Source of the DNA: a virus
Taxonomy: Duplodnaviria > Caudoviricetes
IMG/VR virus record: IMGVR_UViG_3300030397_000890
Span: 1-47,646 of that record
Strand: one strand, 5' to 3'
Length of the DNA stretch: 47,646 nucleotides
Under the pieces are notes generated by a model. It was not told where the DNA came from, made no database searches, and was given only the letters and a program-made list of their open reading frames with translations. Both the position numbers and the translations under genes were made by a program. This document shows, piece after piece, positions 8,590-17,696 of this stretch (position 1 is its first letter; each line of letters starts with the position of its first letter).

Positions 8590-9015
8590 ATGTCTGTTAG
8601 AGATATTCGCTCAAACCTAGAAGGTCAGTTGGCTTTTAATGCTACAGTTGCTACTGATACCACTACTGCTGGTACTATCATTGATACTGCTGACTATGAT
8701 GGTGGTGTTAAGTTCGACTTAATTGCTACTGCTTATACTGATGGCACTTACACTCCTCTACTAGAAGAGTCTGATGATTCAGGTATGTCTGGAGCTACTG
8801 CTGTTCCTGATGCAAAAATCATTGGTACTGAAGCTGGTGCAGCTATTTCAGCTGCTACAGCAACTACAGATGTACTAAATTCAATCGGTGTTTTCGCTAA
8901 TAAGCGTTATATCCGTTTGAGCATAGTTTCAACTGGTACAACAACAGGTGCCACAATTGTTTCAGTTGCTCAAAAGCAACCTGAAGTAACGCCTGTTGCA
9001 GGATTGTCTGCATAG
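8590..9015 (+). CDS. Putative capsid decoration protein
   Basis: Immediately follows the capsid gene; beta-rich, IIDTADYDG...LEESDD...KRYIRL. Confidence 0.6.
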   Translation: MSVRDIRSNLEGQLAFNATVATDTTTAGTIIDTADYDGGVKFDLIATAYTDGTYTPLLEESDDSGMSGATAVPDAKIIGTEAGAAISAATATTDVLNSIGVFANKRYIRLSIVSTGTTTGATIVSVAQKQPEVTPVAGLSA

Positions 9016-9025
9016 TTGAAAATTT

Positions 9026-9060
9026 GAGGGTGGCAGCTTCCCCCAGCCCTTGCCACCCTC
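9026..9060 (+). terminator. 10-bp stem hairpin
   Basis: GAGGGTGGCA (9026-9035) / TGCCACCCTC (9051-9060). Confidence 0.55.
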
Positions 9061-9079
9061 TAATTTGAAAGGACACGAT

Positions 9080-9343
9080 ATGAAAGTAGAAATAACAAAA
9101 GATGCAAGCTTAGCGATTAGCCCGCGTGAAGTTAAGTCATTTGCTTGTGGTGACGTTGTATGCGATGCAACCATTGCAAAAGACAAATTAGAGAGGCTTA
9201 TTGAGCTTGGTGTTGCTAAGGAAGTAAAGGCAAAAAAAGTGGAAGTTAAAGAAGCTGAGCCTGAAAGAGAAACAAAAGCTGATAATCCCGTTGTGGAAGA
9301 CAAGTCAGCCAAGAAAGTGACAAAAAAGAAGAAAGGTAAATAG
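9080..9343 (+). CDS. Small protein with Lys-rich tail (head region)
   Basis: AAAGGA RBS before ATG 9080; C-terminus KKVTKKKKGK. Confidence 0.7.
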   Translation: MKVEITKDASLAISPREVKSFACGDVVCDATIAKDKLERLIELGVAKEVKAKKVEVKEAEPERETKADNPVVEDKSAKKVTKKKKGK

Positions 9344-9345
9344 AC

Positions 9346-9699
9346 ATGGGACTAGCTACTCAATATGCAGGCAAATCAATTGAAGCAATTACCGCAACTA
9401 TTAGCAGCGGTCAGTCAATTAGTAGTGCTGTGCCTCTATATGGTGCAACTGCTATTGGGTTCCAGTTGCCAGTTTCATTCAGTGGAACAAGCATAACTTT
9501 TCTAGGAAGTATGGATAAAGGCGTTACTTTCAAAGAGGTACGCGATGCAACAAACACTCCAATTGCTTACACAGTAAGTGCCTCGGGAAGTTACGAGCTA
9601 AACGCAAACACATTTGTACCTTATGATCAGATTCAGTTAGTAAGTAATGCAACTGAAGGTGCGGATACGGAAATCTTAGTTAAGCCTTACGCGGTGTAA
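9346..9699 (+). CDS. Putative virion structural protein (head spike base-like)
   Basis: Beta-rich 117 aa protein in the head module; function inferred from position. Confidence 0.55.
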   Translation: MGLATQYAGKSIEAITATISSGQSISSAVPLYGATAIGFQLPVSFSGTSITFLGSMDKGVTFKEVRDATNTPIAYTVSASGSYELNANTFVPYDQIQLVSNATEGADTEILVKPYAV

Positions 9700-9701
9700 A
9701 T

Positions 9702-9920
9702 ATGTCGTTACTTACGTTATTTGCAGAAGGTTTTACAAATCCAGGCCCTCCTCCGAGTACTGCAGATAATTGGGTGACAAAGGGTGGTGACAATTTGGTA
9801 ACGAAGACGGGTAACAACCTTGTCTTTAAAACTGGTGGCCCAGTTATTGTAAATAATTGGGTTACTAAAAATGGCGATAATATGGTCACTAAAGGTGGTG
9901 ACAGACTGATATTTAAATAG
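9702..9920 (+). CDS. Small repeat protein (NxVTKxGD units), putative fibre adaptor
   Basis: Two triplets of 8-aa repeats. Confidence 0.65.
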   Translation: MSLLTLFAEGFTNPGPPPSTADNWVTKGGDNLVTKTGNNLVFKTGGPVIVNNWVTKNGDNMVTKGGDRLIFK

Positions 9921-9933
9921 AAGAGGTTTTAAA

Positions 9934-11871
9934 ATGGCTGACTTAAAAATTGCAGATTTATCAACGGCTACTTTAGTAGGCACAGCAGAATTTGCTTGGG
10001 ACGATGTAGGACAAGCAGATACGCGTAAGCAGTCTGTTACAAACTTATCAACGTTTGTTCTGCAACAGACAGCCTCTAATGTGAACATCACAGGTGGTTC
10101 AATTGCTGGTATTACTGACCTTGCCATTGCTGATGGTGGTACAGGTGCTAGCACAGCCGCAGGTGCACGCACTAACTTAGGCTTAGGCACTGCTGCCGTT
10201 GCTGATACAGGAACTGGAAGTGGTAACGTACCAGCCTTTACAGGATCAGCCGAATTAAACATTCTCGCTAACTCAGGTTTACTGTCAGAGATAACAACGC
10301 CTACTAACCCAACTGCTAATAACCTTAAGGTTTATGCTAAAGATGATGGTGGTGTTACTAAGCTTGCAGTATTAGATAGCGCTGGAACGGAAACTATTCT
10401 TGGTGCTGGTGGTGGAGGTGGTGCTACTAACCTTGCTTTTGCAAACAGAACTGCTACCCAATATGATATTACATCTGATACCGGAACAGATGCTACCGTA
10501 ACAGGTGCAACTGGAACACTCGCTGGCGCGATGGTTGCTGCCGATAAGTCTAAGCTAGATGGAATTGCATCGGGAGCTACAAACAATACAGGTGCATTAG
10601 CTGATCTAGACACTGTTGGGACTGCACAGATTGATAACGACTCAGTCACACTTGCCAAAGTACAAAACGCTGTTGCTAATGACAAATTGCTAGGAAGTGG
10701 AAACGCTGGAGCTGGCGCAGATTATGTCGAGCTGACACTAGGAACTAACCTTAGTATATCTGGCACTACGCTAAACGCTACAGCGGGCGCAGGTGGTTAC
10801 GCAACTATCCAAGAGGAAGGCGTTGGGCTTACGGCACGTACAACTATGAATTTCATTGGCTCTGCGATCACAGCGGTTGACAATGCAGGTCAATCAAGAA
10901 CTGATATTACAGTTGATGCGATTTCTGCATCAAGTACTGATACGTTGACCAATAAAACTTTTGATGCCAATGGTACGGGCAATAGTATTAGTAATATTGA
11001 TGTAGCTGATTTGGCTGACGGCACTGATGGATCTATTATTACATGGGACAACACGGGTGCCCCAACTATTATTACTCCAGGTGCTCCGAGCCAAGCCTTA
11101 TTTGGCAATGGTGGTGGAATTGAGCCTACATATAAATATCTAGGCGAGGTAAGCGTAGGAAACTCTCTTGGTCAGAATATTCTTACATATACAACAAGTG
11201 GAGCACCTGTAAACTACCTTGATATTGCTAACGCTAACACAGGAAATGCAGTCGCTATTTCAGCTTTAGGAAGTGATGCAAATATTGACCTTGATTTACA
11301 AAGCAAGGGAACAGGTGATGTAACAGTAAATGGAAATGCTATTAAACTTGCTGGAAAGCAAACTATATGGCTTCCTGCGACTAGTATGACTAGTGCTGCC
11401 ATTAATGGCGCGTCTCAAAGTTCATTAGTAACTACAACTAACGCCGTCAATATGACTACTTTAGACTTCGACGACACAATTGATGAGTATGGGCACTTTA
11501 ATATTAGTTTCCCTAAATCATGGGACGAAGGTACAGTTACTTTCCAAGTTTACTGGTCAACTGATGCAGATACTTCAACCAATGGTGTTGCCTGGGCTTT
11601 GCAGGCCGTTTCATTATCAGACAGTGATCCTTTTGATACTGCTTATGGCACTGCAATTACAGTTGTGGATAATAACCAAAGTGCTGCTAAAGATTCTTTG
11701 ATATCTTCTGAAAGCACTGCGGTAACAGTTGCGGGAACTCCGGCAGAAGGTGACAACGTTCAATTCCGTATCTTCCGTGATGTAAGTAATGGTAGTGATA
11801 ACCTAGTTGGCGATGCTAAATTAGTTGGTATCAAAGTATTCTACACAGATAATGCTGCAAACGATGCGTAA
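9934..11871 (+). CDS. Fibre protein (head or tail fibre)
   Basis: Gly/Ala/Thr-rich; ITGGSIAGITDLAIADGGTGASTAAGARTNLGLG and ADKSKLDGIASGA fibre motifs; globular C-terminal domain (PKSWDEGTVTFQVYW). Confidence 0.8.
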   Translation: MADLKIADLSTATLVGTAEFAWDDVGQADTRKQSVTNLSTFVLQQTASNVNITGGSIAGITDLAIADGGTGASTAAGARTNLGLGTAAVADTGTGSGNVPAFTGSAELNILANSGLLSEITTPTNPTANNLKVYAKDDGGVTKLAVLDSAGTETILGAGGGGGATNLAFANRTATQYDITSDTGTDATVTGATGTLAGAMVAADKSKLDGIASGATNNTGALADLDTVGTAQIDNDSVTLAKVQNAVANDKLLGSGNAGAGADYVELTLGTNLSISGTTLNATAGAGGYATIQEEGVGLTARTTMNFIGSAITAVDNAGQSRTDITVDAISASSTDTLTNKTFDANGTGNSISNIDVADLADGTDGSIITWDNTGAPTIITPGAPSQALFGNGGGIEPTYKYLGEVSVGNSLGQNILTYTTSGAPVNYLDIANANTGNAVAISALGSDANIDLDLQSKGTGDVTVNGNAIKLAGKQTIWLPATSMTSAAINGASQSSLVTTTNAVNMTTLDFDDTIDEYGHFNISFPKSWDEGTVTFQVYWSTDADTSTNGVAWALQAVSLSDSDPFDTAYGTAITVVDNNQSAAKDSLISSESTAVTVAGTPAEGDNVQFRIFRDVSNGSDNLVGDAKLVGIKVFYTDNAANDA

Positions 11872-11882
11872 GGGGTAAATAA

Positions 11883-14168
11883 ATGGCTTCATTTGGAACA
11901 AGAGTTGGTGGATTTGGGGGCAAGAAGGTGAACTTCGATGATCCCACTTCCTTAAGTGGTTGTCAGCTTTGGCTAGATGCTAGTGATGTAAGTACATTGA
12001 CTGAGTCAGCTGGCGCTGTATCAGCATGGGCAGACAAGAGTGGTAACGGCAATAACTTTAGTCAAGCCACTGGTGCAGAACAACCATTGACAAATGCTAC
12101 AAGTCTAAACGGTAAAAACACTATTCAGTTTGATGGAATTAATGATAATTTGGCAGCTGCTAGTAAAGCTCCCTTTAACTTCTTGCATGAAAACGGTGAT
12201 CACTTTGTTTGCGTCGTAGCTAGAACTGCATCACAAAACCCAGATGCATTGAATCCATTAATGGGTAGTTTTGACTCAGGCGCTACTGAAATTGGATATA
12301 TGATGGCTTCTGATGATAGGTCGGGAAGTAGTCGTGATCAGCGTTTATTAGTAAAGGCTGGTAACACTACAGGTACAGATGGCTATTATACATTGCTTAC
12401 CAGTGATGATGCTATGCCATTAGGAACAGCATTTGTAGCGTCGGAAAATAAATCAGGAAGCGCCACTGTAAATGCTAATACCTTTTTTATGAATAATGAC
12501 ACTGGTGCGCCAGTAACTGCAGTTAACCCAGCCACCGCTGGTGATTCTGCTGACGTTCTGACTTTGGGTAGATTAGGCACACTTGCAACTTTCCATTTTG
12601 GTGGTGATATCGCTGAGGTAATTATTTACAACAGGTCGTTAACTAATGAAGAGCGCACAGCTTTAAATACATATTTGTCTGTTAAGTGGGGATTGTCTCC
12701 ATTGAATTATTCTGGCATCACAGGATGGTATGATGCTAATGACAGGCAGACTATTAATACGGGTACACCTGCCGATGCTGACCCAGTTAATACATGGTTG
12801 GATAAATCTTCAAACGGCCGAACACTAACGCAGGCTACAGGGGCGAATCAACCATTGTGGCAAGAAGACATACTTGGCAAACAAGCTGCGCTACAATTTG
12901 ATGGAACTAATGACAACATTAATGGCCTATCTGGCTTGACGGGTAACGCAACATTGACCGTGTTCATTGCTGCGCAGGGAACAGGCACAGGAGCAAGTGA
13001 ATATGTGCCCTTGCAAGTTGGTAACCAAAACTCTTCAGCACAAATGTTAGCAATCAATAAGGATAATAGAGTTGTAGTAGAGGCATTTAGGGTTTTTGTC
13101 TGGGCACAGGCGGTTATTCAAGTTTCGCCAAGTGACGAAGATTTACATGTTTTCTTCTGTGAAAAAGAGCCTGGAAATGACCCAGTCTTCCAAGTTGATG
13201 ATACATTAGGCAGTGTCGCAGCGAGCGGAGCGGCATTAAATCTTGCAGATTCATTATTCATTGGAAGTGGTGCAACTAACTCTGGATCTACACCAAACCG
13301 CCATTTCGAAGGATTTGTACATGAAGTATTAATATTTAACAGGAAACTAGATGTTTCTGAGAAACAAGATATAATCAATAATTATTTCAAACCTAAATAT
13401 ACTAATTCTGTTCCTCTTACTATTCCTAATTTACAGGCTTGGTTTGATGCTTCTGATACCCAAACTATAAATAATGGTGCAGCATTGTCTGATGGTGATG
13501 CAGTAACAGACTGGCAAGACAAGGCGGGAACTGCAAATGGAACACAGGGCACAGGAGCAAATCAGCCAACCATACGATTTAATCAATTTAATGGTAATGC
13601 CGTAGTAAGATTTGATGGAACCGATGATTATATAGATATAACTGGCTCTCCTAATTATGGCTTAACACGTCAATTTACGGCATTTGTCGTTAGCAATAGA
13701 ACTAATGGAGCAACTGGTGTGCCTTTAGTGGTCGGTGAGCGACAAGGAGCTGGTGCAGGAACTAATCTTGGAATTAGATGGGATTCAAATGGTGCAGGTG
13801 CAACATATTCAACAAGATGCAATACTAAATATAGTTCAGTGTCGAGTAATTTAGTTAGCCTTACTGGGGGAGATGATAATAACTTAGAGATTATAACTTC
13901 GGTTCGTGAGGCTGATGATGATTTAGCGATTTATAATAATCGTGAATTAACATCAGCAACGGACGTCGGTATCAATGCGAATGTAGATTTCACTTCTGCA
14001 AACTTAACAGCAATTGGCGCTGGGGCAAACGAAACATCTGGAACGGAGCTACACTTTGGTGGCGAAGTCTGTGAGATTTTGCTGTATGACAGACAGCTAT
14101 CGGATAGCGAACGGTTTCAGGTTGTATATAATTATCTAATTCCAAAATGGTTAGGGAGCACTTACTAA
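11883..14168 (+). CDS. Protein with three tandem LamG/concanavalin-like domains
   Basis: Three units W(L/Y/F)DA(S/N)D...W.DK...FDG..D...HF.G...E...(Y/F)(N/D)R.L. Confidence 0.8.
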   Translation: MASFGTRVGGFGGKKVNFDDPTSLSGCQLWLDASDVSTLTESAGAVSAWADKSGNGNNFSQATGAEQPLTNATSLNGKNTIQFDGINDNLAAASKAPFNFLHENGDHFVCVVARTASQNPDALNPLMGSFDSGATEIGYMMASDDRSGSSRDQRLLVKAGNTTGTDGYYTLLTSDDAMPLGTAFVASENKSGSATVNANTFFMNNDTGAPVTAVNPATAGDSADVLTLGRLGTLATFHFGGDIAEVIIYNRSLTNEERTALNTYLSVKWGLSPLNYSGITGWYDANDRQTINTGTPADADPVNTWLDKSSNGRTLTQATGANQPLWQEDILGKQAALQFDGTNDNINGLSGLTGNATLTVFIAAQGTGTGASEYVPLQVGNQNSSAQMLAINKDNRVVVEAFRVFVWAQAVIQVSPSDEDLHVFFCEKEPGNDPVFQVDDTLGSVAASGAALNLADSLFIGSGATNSGSTPNRHFEGFVHEVLIFNRKLDVSEKQDIINNYFKPKYTNSVPLTIPNLQAWFDASDTQTINNGAALSDGDAVTDWQDKAGTANGTQGTGANQPTIRFNQFNGNAVVRFDGTDDYIDITGSPNYGLTRQFTAFVVSNRTNGATGVPLVVGERQGAGAGTNLGIRWDSNGAGATYSTRCNTKYSSVSSNLVSLTGGDDNNLEIITSVREADDDLAIYNNRELTSATDVGINANVDFTSANLTAIGAGANETSGTELHFGGEVCEILLYDRQLSDSERFQVVYNYLIPKWLGSTY

Positions 14169-14404
14169 TGACACAAACTTGGCTTACATTCACAAGCGAA
14201 ACTGATGGAAACAATGCCATTGCTCTAATTAACATAAATATGGGTTTGCCAAATGCTCATACTACAACATGGGCAAATCTGTTGCATTGTGCAAACGATG
14301 CAGCAAAGTGGGCTTTTCAGAAGCCAGCGAATGAATATATGACAGGTGTAGTTAATTATACTGAAGAGCCTTTTGATCCAGGCTGGAACCCATCAGAAGA
14401 GTAA
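14168..14404 (+). CDS. Small hypothetical protein (possible chaperone of the upstream adhesin)
   Basis: TAATG coupling at 14168; GGGAG RBS. Confidence 0.65.
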   Translation: MTQTWLTFTSETDGNNAIALININMGLPNAHTTTWANLLHCANDAAKWAFQKPANEYMTGVVNYTEEPFDPGWNPSEE

Positions 14405-14415
14405 GGTAGGTCGTT

Positions 14416-14589
14416 ATGTCCTTTGATTTTGATATTAACAATGTATGGAATCTTGTACTTGGTGTAATGGCATTAGCTAGTACAATCACAATGATCACCC
14501 CAACTCCCAAGGATAACAAGGTAGTTGCAAAGATTTATAAGGTGATTGAAATCGTAGGCTTAGTTATTGGTAGAGCGAAGGATAAATAG
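14416..14589 (+). CDS. 57-aa membrane peptide with TPTPKD motif (not in ORF track)
   Basis: MSFDFDINNVWNLVLGVMALASTITMITPTPKDNKVVAKIYKVIEIVGLVIGRAKDK*; fills the gap exactly. Confidence 0.75.
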   Translation: MSFDFDINNVWNLVLGVMALASTITMITPTPKDNKVVAKIYKVIEIVGLVIGRAKDK

Positions 14590-14591
14590 TT

Positions 14592-15242
14592 ATGGCTAAT
14601 CTAGTTGATTTTCTTGTTACTGACCCTGCACTCCCTGATTGCAGAGCTTGTAACTATGACTATCAGTTAGTAACACCACCTACGCAGAATCCTGTTAGCC
14701 TGGATGAAATTAAGATGCAGCTTAACATCACTGGTACACAAGATGATGTTTACCTTAGAAGTCTTAATACTGCAGCAACCAAATGGGTAGAAAAGTATAT
14801 TAACGAGGTACTGGTAACGCAAACATGGGCATTGTTTCTTGATTGCTGGCCTAATAGCAATGAGATTGTTATTAAGAAGCGTCCATTGCAATCAGTGACA
14901 AACGTTAATTATTACCCTGCAGATTGGAATAAGTCTGATCCACGTAGTACTTATGCTGCTACAAACTATACAGTTACTGAAGCTACACAAGGTAAAGATG
15001 CGCTTATCTTTAGATTTGCTGATGCTAGTTGGCCAGATTTATTCCAAATTAGACAAGCTGTGCGTATCGAGTTTATTGCAGGTCAAGAACCAGCAGATAT
15101 CTGCGCTGACATTAAACAGGCAATTGCAATGATTGTAACCTTCCTCTACGAAAACCGTGGAGATTGCATTGATGAAAGCACACTGCCAGGTGCCATCTTT
15201 GGTATACTGAATTTAAACAAAGTTTATAACGTGGGATGTTAA
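14592..15242 (+). CDS. Head-tail connector (gp6-like adaptor)
   Basis: PVSLDEIKMQL...DD.YL...LVTQTW...IKQAIAMIVTFLYENRG. Confidence 0.88.
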   Translation: MANLVDFLVTDPALPDCRACNYDYQLVTPPTQNPVSLDEIKMQLNITGTQDDVYLRSLNTAATKWVEKYINEVLVTQTWALFLDCWPNSNEIVIKKRPLQSVTNVNYYPADWNKSDPRSTYAATNYTVTEATQGKDALIFRFADASWPDLFQIRQAVRIEFIAGQEPADICADIKQAIAMIVTFLYENRGDCIDESTLPGAIFGILNLNKVYNVGC

Positions 15243-15632
15243 GTGCCAAAATGCTCAAAAATACAAAGACCAAAGACGACGATTTGTGCAGGTGCTTTGC
15301 GCGAAACCATAAAGCTGCAACTTAGAACACAAGTAGCTCCAAAAACCCAAACAGCAACAAGCTCAATGCAATTTAACTGCTTACAGGCTGTTAAGGCGAT
15401 GGTAATAACCAAGTCTGGTGTGGACGCGTTCGACGGAACGAATACCAACAGCTTGTTTACCCATGAGTTTACTATCAGATATATTACAAATATAGACACT
15501 ACATCTTTTGTCGAATATAACTGTAAGTATTTTGATATAGATCGCATTATCAACATTAACGAGGAAAATCGTTATTTAACCCTTATTTGCACAGAAAGAG
15601 GCACCAAGGATAAAAAGGTGAATTTTAGCTAA
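15243..15632 (+). CDS. Head-closure / head-tail adaptor (SPP1 gp16-like)
   Basis: AGALRETIKL...THEFTIRY...YFDIDRIINI.EENRYLTLICTE; position. Confidence 0.8.
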   Translation: MPKCSKIQRPKTTICAGALRETIKLQLRTQVAPKTQTATSSMQFNCLQAVKAMVITKSGVDAFDGTNTNSLFTHEFTIRYITNIDTTSFVEYNCKYFDIDRIININEENRYLTLICTERGTKDKKVNFS

Positions 15633-16084
15633 TGGCATTTGGTTTTAAGTCATCGCCGAATAACAGAAAGGTGATGTTACAAATAGAAGAACTAGAAAGA
15701 TTAACTAGACGTGGAATACGCCAAGCATTTTATCGTGTAGGTAAGGATGTTGTTGCTAGTGCTAAAAAGAGCATATTAGACAAGCCCAAGTCAGGTAAGA
15801 CCTATATCGTTTACCGTGGAGGTCGTAAGCGTGTACATCAATCATCAGCACCAGGTGAAGCACCAGCAAACTTAACTGGAACATTACGTCGTAGTATAGA
15901 TTTCCAGGTGCATGGTTCCAGTGAGTTGGAAGTGGGAGCAGAGACGCCATATGCAAGAAAGCTTGAACTTGGTGGACAAAACCTTGAAGCAAGGCCATAC
16001 TTGATATCTGCAATTGACAGCGAGGAGCGTAATTCACGCCGCCACTTTGAAAAAGAGATTGAGAAGGAGCTAACAAGAAAATGA
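15632..16084 (+). CDS. HK97 gp10-like neck protein
   Basis: SAPGEAPANLTGTLRRSI...YARKLELG...ARPYL. Confidence 0.85.
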   Translation: MAFGFKSSPNNRKVMLQIEELERLTRRGIRQAFYRVGKDVVASAKKSILDKPKSGKTYIVYRGGRKRVHQSSAPGEAPANLTGTLRRSIDFQVHGSSELEVGAETPYARKLELGGQNLEARPYLISAIDSEERNSRRHFEKEIEKELTRK

Positions 16085-17424
16085 AAATAGAAGATATCGT
16101 ATTTCAGCTTCATAACGTATTGCCTGATCAAACCACTTTGTTTACTGAGCAACAAGGTATCGGTAGTATTACTAAATCTGGAACTACTGCTACAGTTACT
16201 ACAACGGGTTGCCATACTGTACAAACAGGTGAGTATGTAAACATTGTAGGGGCAAAGAATGCAGTTACAATCACTAGCCTTACCCGCGTTGGAACGGTTG
16301 CTACAGCAATAACTAGCTCAGACCATGGGTTAACACAGGAATTACCACAGTATCAAACGCAAGTCGAAATACAAGGTGCAGTAGAAAGTGACTATAACGG
16401 TATCAAAGATGCTGTACTGCCACCTGAGGTTATTATCGAGTCAATTACCCAAGTAAATAACGTTGCGACTATTACGACACGTGATGACCATGGCTTTGTT
16501 GCTAACACAGAGTTCTTTGTGAGTATTACGGGTGCAGATCAATACCAGTATAACGGTAAGTTTGCAGTACAATCTACGCCTACTTCAACAACCTTTACTG
16601 TAAACATAAATGGCAATCCTGTATCTCCTGCAACAGGTGGTACTATCCGTACACAGGCGGTGTTCAATCGGTTCGTCTTTTTCTATACCGTAGAGAATGC
16701 ACCGACTACACCAGCGACAGGAACGATCCAGTTGTTGCAACCGCAATATTTTAATCAAGGTTATGCTGGAAGATTTGCAGCAACAAGAATCGACGATACA
16801 CAGTTTACGTATGAGCTAGATTCGGACAATTCCCCAAGTTTGTCCAGTCCTGCACAAGGAACCATTGTTATGCACCGTTCACCACGTGTAACAGGTGCTG
16901 TTAACATTGAACGTGCACTTGAGGCCTACACAGCGAGGGAAGCAAATGAGCTTTGGGCTATAGTAGTGCTTGATGATGAGTTTACGAGCAAGGATAGAAA
17001 TACGGTAAATGATTCAACTGCAACTATTGTTAAAGGCAGTGATCAATATAGACTTACTGAAATAAGGCCATTTAGTGTTTACGTGGTTACACCAAGTACT
17101 GAAGAGTTGCTGGGCATTGATGCTCGTGATTTGATGGTTGATGTAAAGAGGGCCTTGTATAAAAGCCTGCTTAATGTGAAGTTCCCAACTGATCTGACAG
17201 AAGACACACTGGGTGCTGTTATTCCGACGACTAACGGCTTCTTTGGCTGGGCGAACGCTTATTATGTGCATCGATTCCAGTTTGAAACCCAATCTGATGT
17301 AGTGCTCAATGATGCGGTTGATCCAGATTATAACGTAGCGTTCCGTTGCATTGATATGACTATATGCAACGATTTACGCCCAATTATAACGCAAGATTCT
17401 TTCAACTTAGACACAACTAGTTAG
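16081..17424 (+). CDS. Tail completion/terminator-like protein with three nested inserted beta domains
   Basis: Sits between neck gene and sheath; C-terminal YYVHRFQFE; repeats described in findings. Confidence 0.65.
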   Translation: MKIEDIVFQLHNVLPDQTTLFTEQQGIGSITKSGTTATVTTTGCHTVQTGEYVNIVGAKNAVTITSLTRVGTVATAITSSDHGLTQELPQYQTQVEIQGAVESDYNGIKDAVLPPEVIIESITQVNNVATITTRDDHGFVANTEFFVSITGADQYQYNGKFAVQSTPTSTTFTVNINGNPVSPATGGTIRTQAVFNRFVFFYTVENAPTTPATGTIQLLQPQYFNQGYAGRFAATRIDDTQFTYELDSDNSPSLSSPAQGTIVMHRSPRVTGAVNIERALEAYTAREANELWAIVVLDDEFTSKDRNTVNDSTATIVKGSDQYRLTEIRPFSVYVVTPSTEELLGIDARDLMVDVKRALYKSLLNVKFPTDLTEDTLGAVIPTTNGFFGWANAYYVHRFQFETQSDVVLNDAVDPDYNVAFRCIDMTICNDLRPIITQDSFNLDTTS

Positions 17425-17432
17425 GGGCGCAC

Positions 17433-17675
17433 ATGGATAAGATACAAGTTAAGTTAAACATGCCATTGCAAGGTTTTGCAGTCGGTCGCATAATCAATTT
17501 GGAAGTCGATGAAAACGGCACAGTGAAAGATTATTTTTGGCGACGAAGATTACAGGATTCAGTGATTGACAATTGTGTTGAAATTGTTGAAGATAAGAAC
17601 ACCGAGGTTAGAAAAATAAAGCCAACTAAGGTAAAACGGGATAAAAGTTCATTAGTATTGGATGTTAAAAAATAA
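17433..17675 (+). CDS. Small pre-sheath protein (DUF2635-like)
   Basis: YFWRRRLQD motif directly upstream of a Mu-like sheath. Confidence 0.6.
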   Translation: MDKIQVKLNMPLQGFAVGRIINLEVDENGTVKDYFWRRRLQDSVIDNCVEIVEDKNTEVRKIKPTKVKRDKSSLVLDVKK

Positions 17676-17696
17676 CAACCAAGATAAAGTATTGCT

